From contig JAQGDQ010000004.1 of NCBI GenBank assembly GCA_030141605.1, positions 744,001 through 808,000 of the forward strand: 64,000 bases of DNA. The letters run 5' to 3'. Each line of letters starts with the position of its first letter. The first letter of the stretch is position 1. The position numbers and the translations under genes were made by a program. The notes under the pieces are model-generated. The model was not told where the DNA came from and did no database searches. It saw only the letters and a list, made by a program, of their open reading frames with translations. This document shows, piece by piece, positions 38,227-50,200 of the stretch. Origin of the DNA: Tubiluchus corallicola (Eukaryota; Animalia; Priapulida).

Positions 38227-41200
38227 ATGATAGTGATGGGTAGAATGAAGTTAATATTCGGCTTAGTGCTTTTGACCTATTCAGCATCAGGTAAGTTGAA
38301 GAAAAAAAACGCATTTATACCGGACTTTTTAGATATTTCTATGATATCTGTATTAAAAGTAAGTCATCAAAATCAAATTCAAATGCAGTAACACAGAGAA
38401 GGAAATGATTATAAGATAACACTCCGTTTATAGTTTTCTAAATATATATATGTTTTCTATATATATATGTATATGTATAAATTATATACCATATAAATCA
38501 TCGTGAAAAATATATATATATATTATTCAAGTTCGTTAATTAACAAAATTAGGACAATTGCCGTTATGCTAACAAAAAATTATTTCTAATGTATTGGTAA
38601 TAAGCGATTTTCCTTGTCAGTTAATATTCTTACAACTTATAGCATCAATGTGACATAATCTAATTGACGTAATATCAAATTTAAAACAAGGAGGTTTGAC
38701 AAAATACATTTTTAAGATTCGCAAAACACATTATAAATTGCAGACGTTAATAATGTTTTAGAACCTTAGCTGAAAACATTAAAACCTGAAAAACTAATGC
38801 GAACAAAACGTAAACCAGTTTCACAAGAACTTTCATGTAGGTATTAGGAATTGGGAAAATCCAGATATTTCTGGGATTTCCCAGAGCACATTTTATGTCA
38901 ATAATTATTATTTTCATTTCTTGGTACACAAAAGGCTACTGATTTCTTATGGGTGGACCCTTATTAGAATGGATTTTTTGTTCCGAGTCAACTAATAAAC
39001 TATTAATAACTATTAATGTTTCAGTAAATGCTCGGAGCCCATTCATAAAAGTTGCAATTATAATATATTTAACTAAGATTATTGTAGTAGTAATAGATGG
39101 CGTCAGTCAGTCATAAAATGACTATGGTAAATCTTCGTCCATTTTTTCTTTGTGGTAGATATCAAACGCTCAACCTTGACCAATCCAGTTCACTCTGCAT
39201 GTATCCAGTCTGTCCTTCAAATCAGTGCTCACCTCCTTCATGTCTCTTAATTTTGCAGACATCGTTGTAGCCGTGACTTTGGCCATCTCCAGGTACGCGT
39301 GTGACCTCTCTATACAAGATATCCTTGGTGACCCTTCTATCTTCCACTCGGCGATGGTGTAGGTTGGCGTACATGGTAACTGTACCAAAGCTTTTGAGAA
39401 AGTAAACGTTTGGGATTTTGTCTTCCCAAATTTTGTTTCGAGTTTTAGGATTTGTCTCAAACAGCGCGTATGAAATGCGTTAAGCTTTCTTTCCTGTTTA
39501 CCGCCCAGGACACGTTACCGTATAACAATGTGCGTGCCTGAAACACCTGTGTTTTAGTGTGTGTGGTCAGCCGCTTATTTCTCTACATCCGCTTCGATAA
39601 TCTGAACGTCGTTGTGGCAGCTCGACCAATTCGCATATCAACTCACGCATCGAGCCTAATCGTGTTTGAAATGCTGGAGCCCAAATACTGAGAGCCAAAG
39701 TAGTTCTTCAAGTTTATAGTCAGACAGAACTTATAACAGCGTTTGATAAATATGTCAATCATTTTTGAAGGTCCCACACTGTGTGCGCATTATCGGTGTG
39801 TCATTTGCAAATAACAACTCTCAGAGACACTTAACTTATAATTTAGTTTTTGCTCTCACATGGCATAAATTAAAGAGCTTCCCGTCCGATTTGATCGGAA
39901 GATATATCTCTTCCATCGCTGATCCAAAAGCACATTCCATTAGCATGGAAAAGAAGATTCCAATGAGTGTTCCAATGGGGTCATCACGCAGCCCTGCTTC
40001 AACTCCACTCAAGGGTTTGAAGGCCTCGGCAGTCGATCCGTCATATTCCACAGCTCCTTTCTTGCCATTATGAAATGATATAATTATACTGTGAAGGACT
40101 GGCGGGCACCCGATCTTGGAGAAGATCTTGAAAGCCTCATCTCTTCTCAACAGATCAAAGATTTTCGTAAAGTTGACAAAAACTATAAAGAGTGACTGTT
40201 ATCCTTGCACTTTTCCTGCAGTTGTTTGAGCGAGACGACCATGAGAGAGAATGATTGTTGATCTATTGGCATGGAGCCCAAACTGTGACGGGGATGTACT
40301 CTTTTTGCGAATACTTGCGGTCTACTCAGCAGAACTTTGGTAAAAATTTTGCCATCGACGCTCAGCAGGGAAATACCGCGTTGCAATCGTTCCTATTTTC
40401 ATTGTTCTCGTATCGTCTAGCGTCACAATATTTATATCCTCTTTTCAAGAGGCACCTTTTACCCACCACTGAATGAAGAGTACTCCTTCCAGCACTACCC
40501 GAAGAGCTAGTAGAGTTCGGCAAGTAAAACTTCTTTGCATCTTTCAAAATATCTGCGCTCATTCCGTTTCTCCCAGGATGCTTATTGGAAGCAAGTGAAA
40601 AAAAACAGCTAGATTCATTAGCGAGCTTTATCGTTTAGTTCCTTCAAGACAGGCAGGTTCTCTATAACATTCAGTGTCGTACAGAGCTCATAGTAATATT
40701 CAACTCAACGCTCCATTTGCTTGCGTGGCTAGTGATCACCTTACCGGCAATAGATTTCAATGGAATTGTCTTCTTCGTTTAGGAGCCCAGAGTCTGATAG
40801 ATATTATCATACGTACCTTTCACACTTCCCACGTCTGCTGTGGATTGAATCTGACTGCTGAGAAGTGGTATTCGTTTGCTCCACGCCTGGCAGCTCTGTT
40901 AACACTTTACTTGTGGTAAAGCAAGTGATTGCAAGTGATTGTTGCATGTATTGGACAGTTCTTGTACGTCCTGTACTTTTTGGCATTCTTGCAGGGCGGT
41001 CCTGGGAAGGCTTCTTTTAAAAGGCCAGCGAAATTCATAATTCGTTTTCTGTCTCGTGTCGCTGTTCCATCTATGCGAGATTAAGCGATTTTCCTAGTAG
41101 TATGCAGTTTCTTTGTCTGTAGTCGCACTTTACTATAGACCAGCGAGTGGTCTGTATCGCAGTTAGCACTGCGATAGCTTCAAGTGATCCTGACACTGCC

Positions 41201-44200
41201 AATTTCTGATCGTCTTGTTTCATTGACAGTATTGGTGATCATGTCACAGAACTTGATGTGTAGCCATTTTTCTTTGTCAAATCGCTCCAAACAAGGCCAA
41301 TTGCAAGGGCTATAGTACAAAGGAGAAGATGTGACAACAAATCCAGTTAAAAAGAATACGTATAACTAATTTGCTAGATATAGAAAGTATCTGTTGATCC
41401 TTGAATTGGGTGAGATTTTAATTTTTAACGAAACTGGTTTCTAGTAAAGATTTCCTCAAATAAAAGAAAAAAACTGGATTAATGAACAGTTGTCCTATAA
41501 CTAGGAATGTCCGCAGTAAACCCAGTTATGCGAATCTACAGAAAACATGTACCACGAGCATCTTTCACAAAAGTAGCGATAATTGACATTCAATGTAGTA
41601 TTTGACATTGAGTTGGACAGTGCGTTTATACGGGTCACTCCTAGTCCTTGACAAGCATCTGTTAGATTTGAAGCTAGCGGAAATAACTCAGTAGCAGGTG
41701 ACGTTTTCGCACGCAACTCATTGGTTTTGTTGTTTTGCAGTGTGAATAATTATTTTAGTAATGAAACCGCTGCAAAAATTTGCCTAAAGTCAGTAATAGT
41801 GAATAAAGAGTGAATCACTTTTCGAAAGCGTAAAATATCATAGAGCTAGAACGGTATTATTAGACGACCTACTCGACCACCGGATTGTAGCACGTGAATC
41901 CTTACAAAATTATAATCCTGTAATACAGAAACAGTTTCGAAAATTTCAAAACTGGTCACCCATCTTGCATTATTATCCACAGTTTATTACAGCAGTTTAT
42001 TAAATCAACCTTTCGCTTTACAGTACAATAGAATTTAATGTTAAATGAATAATCAGCCAACTTACTTTATAAATGTATTTTTATTATTACTGTTATTGTT
42101 AAAATATTACGTTTACATAGATCATATATGTAAGTTTAATCATCATCTGCTGTTGGTAGTTGAATCAAGTGTTTTATTGAATCGAGTGTGATAATTATTA
42201 GTTGTGATGCCCACTATTCTTTTATTAGCACTTTGCATTCAGTACTTGCACCGTGGAGATAGCTGTATCAGACGCAGTCTGTTTTGTAAATCCGCTATAA
42301 ATAAATAAAGTTTAAACTAAACAAAACTAATGAATAAAGGTCACTTGTTTACTAATAATGATAACAATGAATTCAGAGTAACAACAATATAAAGCAACAA
42401 ACTGTAGACTTAGTCGATATGATATAGCTAAAATCGTTTTTAAGTTTGATTTACCAATATGTATTAATCCTCTTTGAAACTTTATACAGGTTTAATAACA
42501 TCGACTACACAGAGATACGATGGCTGGTTTAACAATTTGGTTCATCCAGACTGGGGCTCTGTAGGTAAATATTTTTTCTACTATCTGACAACAAACCCTT
42601 AATTTCGCTTTATAAGATGACTTACACATTTTACAACTACGTTTGTAACACTAAACCGTGTTTTTAACATTCGTCATTTAGAAAAAATGTCGAAATTAAA
42701 AGTGCGACCAAATCATCTTCACGAAGTGTTTAAAATCTTTTGCAGAACAACAATACATCAGAAAAACACCTGTGTCCTATGACGATGAGGTCTATCTGAT
42801 GCATGCCAAAGACAGACCAAATCCAAGATTGGTTAGCGAGTTGCTATTCAAAGGTCCGGACGGATATCCCTCCGCTCTTAACAGAACTACTATGTTAGCA
42901 TTCTTTGGTAAGATAACAGTTTTTAACTCAGTAGTAAGTTTCATATCATTAAACTTGTCCATGCTATCAGTGTCACGCGGTAAAGCGTACGTCTGCTTAT
43001 TGAAGCAGTTTACCGATTGGAAGTCACGTTCTCATGTTGTTCCCCAAGGCTGTTCACGACTGCATAAACATACTGATAACTACTTTGTAAAACTTTCCTT
43101 TTTGTATGTAGGCACATAATTACATTATATACTGACATAATACGTAATTAATTTTTTTACAAATTTAGTGCCAATAGAAAATATTGGTGGAATGTTCTCA
43201 TGTTGTTCCCCAAGGCTGTTCACGACTGCATAAACACAGTGATAACTACTTTGTAAAACTTTTCTTTTTTATGTAGGCACATAATTACATTATATACTGG
43301 CATAATACATAATTAATTTTCTTACAAATTTAGTGCCAATAGAAAATATTGATGGAATATGTAAGACTTGAATATTACTTGTAACTATTGTACATGTAAC
43401 ACGTAAACCGCTAGAAGATGAGAAGTCAAGTAAGAAAAATGAATAGTAAACTATAAAACGTTTAGAAAGAATAATATTGCCATAAGAAAACAAGTTATAG
43501 CACTGAAATACAAAAGAGAAGAAACTTTCAAATAATTTGCTTGCATCAGGAATGAAATTTGTTTACTGAATAATTTGTAAGCTTATAACTGCAGCACTAC
43601 ATTATATTTGTCGTATGAAGATCACCTTATGGTTTATAACTGATTTTCGTAGTCTTTTGTCAGTTTATATTTTCACTTTAAATTATATTGCATAGTAACA
43701 GTAATATTTTTCAGGTCAAATTGTTGCTTACGAAATCCTCTTGGGAACGGAAATGTCTTGTCCAATAGAAATGATGCCAGTAGACATGATGTTTTGTTCT
43801 AAAAACGGCGATTGTGAAGACAAGGACCATGCTATGCCTTTCCACAGAGCGAAGTATATGAAGGGCACAGGAGAGTCAGTGAATAATCCTAGAACACAGG
43901 TTTATTTTCTTATTTCAATTAACTAGACTCTTAGCATTAAACCTGTAAGCTCCAAAAAGACTGCACGGCCACGACTTACTGTGTTACTGTATTACCATTA
44001 CAAAATATTATAATTATTCTTGTCAAAAAATTAAAATGTAAATAATACTGACACTCCTCTTGAATTTTTTGTTTATAAGGATGCATTTTACTCTTCAGCA
44101 GCCATTACTTACAGAAAGATTACTGAAAGATATCATCAACAACTATTCGACATTTATTGTATTTTTTAGATTGTGTTCCATATAGTTTTGAAGTTGTATT

Positions 44201-47200
44201 ATTTCAGATTAATTTAGTAACCAGTTGGATAGATGGCAGTTTCGTCTATAGCACATTAGAATCATGGGTTGCAGCCCTGCGATCATTCCAGAATGGCACC
44301 TTGCTAGCCACAATGGAGGGGAAATATCCTGCCTATAATGACATTGGCCTTCCCATGTACACTCACTATGCACCACATCTAGGATCTACTGTTCCCATCA
44401 CATCCACTTACAGTAAGTTTAGTTTACTACTATACTTACTTTACTAGTTTACTTTACTTTCTTTACTAGTTTTTACTGTTTCATTTTGTGTCAGCTTTGT
44501 TCTTTTTCAATTGCATATAATTCGTGATTCGTCCTTTTAGTTTTTAGCCGTTTTTATCAACAGTGTCGTTATTATCATTTTTATTGCTGCTGCAAAATAG
44601 CCATCGTCGCCCACCATCTTGGCAAAAACTTGTGTCTGTGATCTAATATATGCACTTTCCTTACTTTTGCGTTATTCGTAGTGTACATTTTGTCAAAGGC
44701 AGTATAAATAAAGAAAACAGAAAAACAACAAACGCTCAACTAGGCGCAGATTAAGAGCTTCATTATGACTTAGGCTATCAACAAACGAAGGACTAAACAT
44801 ATTTATTATGCACAACTATGCATAATTATGCGCAATTATGCTAAAACTGCTTATCTGAAATTTATTTTAAACTGTATCTATTTGGTTAAATATTAGTTTA
44901 GAAATATAATATCCCATCATATGTCTCAGAAACTATATTAAATATTTTATGGAGCTCTTCGACAGTTTTTGTATAGACTTATAAACAGCCTTAGCCGCTA
45001 TTCACGATGAATGGGAATAATTTTGTTTGTCAACCTTTTTCGTCTGGGGTGAGCAAAACGGTGTTCGCTGGCCAAATAACCTATGTTCCAAGACTACCTG
45101 TGTCCAACTGTTTTGTGGTGAAGCATCCCGTGTCCAAACATGTGACCTTAAGCTGAAAAATCAAATATGTGTGTTCAATATAAGCTCAATCGCTGAAATG
45201 CTTTCTGACAATGCACTAAAACAAATATAATTGTGTTTATCGCGTTCAATTTAAATAAATAATTTTGTTATCCTAAATAGCATTATCTTTGTTTAAGAGG
45301 TGATCGGTCGCAGGATTCCCGAGGTCTATTGAAATTTTCGGCCAAGTCTATAGCTTCATTATCCTAATGGTTAATCCTCCCCTGCGGTCAGAGTGTGTAT
45401 AAAACATCTTTTAAAATGCATAAATTAAGATTTTCAGTTTGTTCTAGGAGTTATTACTTGCGGTAAGATAAAAGAAATAAAACATTCCATACACGCACTG
45501 CAAAAATAAAAAACATTAGAATTTATATATTTCAAGAGGATACGCGTTTTAAACGTTGCAGGATTGGGTGACCCAAGAGCCAATCAGCATCCTGCATTGT
45601 TAGCACTCAGCATATTGTTTTTCCGCTACCACAATGTTCAAGCAGCTAGGATTGGTCGAGAACAACCGCACCTTAGTGATGACGAAATATTCAGTAAAGC
45701 CCGTAGATGGGTGATAGCAACATTGCAGGTACAGTTGAGATGCTTAAACAAATGCATCTGTATATTTCCAAATTTTTAAATAGTGGTTACAACCAATTTT
45801 TAAATTGGATTGCTTAATTATTGGAATGATGAGTACTCTTTTTCGAGACTTTTTTATTTTGCAGAATATCATCATGTATGAATACGTACCAGCCTTACTG
45901 GATGAACCAACAGAAGACTATGAAGGCATGTGAAACTTGTAAAAGGTGTTCCATGTATTTTAGCAAGACTGTATAGTACCTGCAGCCAGGACTGACAATT
46001 TTTTAGAAACTTTCCTAGTTGTTAAATACAAAATTTATTTAATGTTATTCATCTTTGCGTCGCTAATTTAGAGATTAAACAAATATATGTTGCTACAATA
46101 ACACCGATCCTCAACAGGTTATGATCCAGATGTGCATCCAGGCATCTCAGATCTGTTTTTAGCTGCAGCGTTCCGTTTTAGCCACACAATTATTCCTGCT
46201 GGCTTTTATTTGAGGTAACGTACTGAACTATATATGTCGTTTTGGTAACTTATTGCTTTTGCAGAAACAGTCAATTTGCTTTTTCTAATGAATCCTCCTC
46301 AATCAAACCTGGTAAAATTGGTAAAAAGACTCTACTTAGACTCTACTAGAAATTAAATTTTTAGATAAAATTTCACAAAAATGGCAAAAAATCAATAGAG
46401 CATGAAATAAGTTTGTAAGTTTTTGCAGGGACGAGGAGTGCAGATTCAGGACCACAGCTAACGGTAACCCTGGTGTTAGACTATGTAATTCGTACAAAGA
46501 TGGACAGGCAACTATTAAGATGTATGGTTTAGAGGAGATACTCATGGGAATGGCTTCCCAAATTGCAGAGAAAGAAGATCATATTCTCATTGAAGATCTC
46601 AGAGGTTGGTTTAGTAGATATTCTTACTGCATCACTTGACCTTCCATATTAACATCAATTCTTTCATATATTGCATTAGCATTCTAGTGAAAGAAGCTAT
46701 TACAGTAATTACCACGTTGAAGAATTGCTTTTTTGCAATGTTCTTCAATATATTGTTCTGTTCTTGAACAATTTTTATCATTTTAGATTTTGTCTTTGGC
46801 CCAAAGATGTACTCTCGCAGAGATCTGGCTGCACTAAACATCATGAGAGGTAGAGATTATGGTATAGCTGATTACAACACAGTTAGGAAAAGTTTCATGC
46901 TCCCCGAAATAACAGATTGGACACAAATTAACCCACAACTGAACGCTACTTCCCCAAAGGTTAGTGAATTTGGGCAATGTCTCATTTTGTGTATGGAGAT
47001 ATGTGTGTGCATATGTATATATAGGTACAAAAATTCTACCCTAAACTTGATATAAAAGCATATAAATGTATATATCTATATATATTATAGATATATAAAT
47101 ACTGTAGATATGTATTGTAAGAATAAATACATTGTAACTTTTAAATATCTTGTAACAATGTTTTTAAGAGAAATTTTAAGTTTATTGAACTTTAAGAAAA

Positions 47201-50200
47201 ATCAGTCAGTGTTCCTTTCAAAATCTGGCTTATGCAGTGCAGAGATCTTTCTTTAATACAGGAACAGTTGAAAATATCATATACAATCCTGCTTCGATTC
47301 TGAATTCTGTTCATGCTTTCAGCTTTTTAATTTGGTATGGATGCAAAAAAGTAAAAAAAACTATATTCTGGCGTTCGTTGATTTTAAAACGATTTTAATC
47401 CTTTTTTTGTTTTTTATGTTACAGTTATTTGAGCATCTAAAGCAACTTTATAAGAATCCAGACAGATTAGATCTATGGGTAGGTGGCATGATGGAGTCTA
47501 CTGGAAGTGGTCCCGGTCCTGTATTCCATGCTATAATTAAAGATCAGTTTTTGCGAATTCGGAACGGAGATCGATTTTGGTTTGAAAATCGGGAGAACAG
47601 GTTAGTACAAATTGTTTCTCTTCCGTACCTATATCTCGCATGTGGCTACATCGGCCCTATAATAAGCATACTTAAAGGGTCATAAAATTAAGTGCTTTTA
47701 GTTTACACATTCTTAGGTTTTTGTACAAGGTATACAATTGTTGCGTTCTGCACAACTGGTGTGAGAGTAAAAATGATAATAATAGCGAATTGGTAATTAC
47801 AGAATTTGCAAGCGAAAATAGTGACAGTTTTGGAGCCACGGTTCCATGTCAGCTTCAACCTAATAGTGACGGTTTTCTACGTTTGCAGGTTATTTACCGA
47901 AGAAGAGATATTGCAGATACGTAACACCACATTGCGTGATATTATACTAGCTGCTACCAACATCAAGGACCATGGGTTACAGGACAATGTGTTCTTCTGG
48001 CATGAAGGTACGTGAAACCATTTTATTACTTCTATAATAATTTCTAAATAACAGTATAATGATTTTGCGAGCACATTTTAAATGAACAATTCTTTCGAAT
48101 TATCAAGGTAATTTTTTTTTGGGCAGTCACTGAATCATTATGAGAGGAAAACCTATGGCATCTTTTTGTTTCAGCATGTGGAACTACATATGCATTTTTT
48201 ACTGAATACCAATTTTTGTTGCAATTTCCTAAAGGTAATAAGAAAGGTTGTTCTCAACCCAAGCAGTTGGTTGGAGCTGATATGGAACCGTGCACGCCAC
48301 TAACTAGATATGACCACTTTACTGGAAGCGATTTCTTCTACGTATTCTCATGCATTGTGTTGGCTGTTGTTCCAATAGGTATCGTTCGTTACCCACCATA
48401 CAAACATTATATGTTGCAGCATTACAAACAAATTTTGTCGAGTAAACTTTGAAAAATATATTCCTAATTTTCTATGCACAAAATGATGTACTTGTACTAA
48501 ACAGCATAATCATGCAATGCCCAATGTTTTATATTCAAAAAGGTATGTAATGATCATAAAATCTAGTTTTAAATATATTCCTAAATATTAATATCTGGTT
48601 TGCAGTTTTAGCTTTAGCTGCTTACTTTGTTGTCAAACAAAAGATGAAAAAATTGGCTCGTATCAAAAAGAAGATGAAAGAAATTAAAAAGAAGCCAGTT
48701 GCAAAAGACACAAGTAACGAGAACCAATTGCGGATAAAAGGTTTGTTTGTATTTTGTTTTTTTGTTTGTGTGTTTGTTTGTTTGTTTATTTGTTTTGTTG
48801 CTTTTGAATTTTTCACTATGTTCGTTTATTCGTTCATTTTTGTTTGTTCATTCTTTTTTCTATCGTGCATACTACATCCATCTGTCTTTTCGTTCTTGCT
48901 TATTGTTAGTAGTTGTCGTATTAACTGACTGATTGATGCTGGTTAATTGCTGGCTGGTTATAGTTGACTAACCGTGTTCTGTCTGGTGGCTTGAATAGTT
49001 AATTAGTTGCTACTGATGCATATGCATGTATATCATTCAAGTGACTAATGAACTGAATTCAGTCTTTGACTTTTGCACACATAGTGAACGAATAATTAGC
49101 TAATTAACTTAATTTAGATTATTAAATTGCCATGAGAAACATCAGTTTTGTTTCAGTTGTTATTAAAAATTGCGCACATTTATTTGTTTGTAAAAAGCTC
49201 TTTGGTATAATACTAACAATTCCATTTATACTATTACTGAATATTTTTAGTTGTTGAGCTTTTAAAGTGACGTTTACCCAGCATCCGGATACGGATGCGT
49301 ATGCATTTTCCGCCTCCGGAAAGCCTGTGGGAAAAAATCACGAAAAAAATCAATATGATAGCTGCAACAAATACTGGAAAAGTTAATACAATATAAGCCA
49401 TTTGATCTATTCCGCACCTCCCAAAACGCATCCGCATCCGGACGCTGGTAAACGCCACTTTGCAGTGCTAAAAATATCAACTCATTAAAATCGTGCTTAG
49501 AGCGTAATAAATATGTTTCATACCACATAAATTCCTAATAACTTAATTTTGATAATTTCAGCTACAGAATGGCTGAACATTTACAGCAACAGAAAGGTCG
49601 TTGTTCAGTTTGGACCAGCAGAAGACATATTGCTTCTTTCGAGGAAACACGATCAGCTGAGACGAATTAACATGTCTGATGTTTATAATGTTGTAATTGA
49701 ATCAAATCTTGATGTTGAGGGCGATGTACTTGCCCTTGTGCGAGTACCAAAAGATCATGATCTTGTAAGTATGCACATGGATTTAATAACGTGAAAGCTG
49801 TCATTAGCAAACTGTAAACGAAAAGAAAAGTACGATTGCGCAAATAAGCTATTTGTCTTTGATTAGGAGGCTTATGCAGGCCTACATCTTTTTATATGGC
49901 CCTTGATGAATTCAAGGAAAAGCGGTCTGTGAAAAATAAAAATTGCATTTTGTATCATTTTACATTATTTGCTTATTCTTGCGGTAGCTGTATTACACTA
50001 TATTTCTAATTAAATGTAATGCAATACTGTAAGGGCGTCATGTTACAATTTGTAGCTATTGAATTTTCAGGATTGCAGGTTAATATTTTTAAATATTATA
50101 TTAAACCGGAAAGTTCAGCGCCAATTATTAAGCTCTTCTTATTAAACTAAATTTTCATTATACAAATTTAATGCAGGTTATAATGCAGCTGCATTAACTG

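Noticed and set aside
48379-48605. Possible U12-type intron (donor GTATCGTT)
   Set aside because: It mismatches the RTATCCTT consensus at +6 and has no clear TCCTTAAC branch site; treated as U2.
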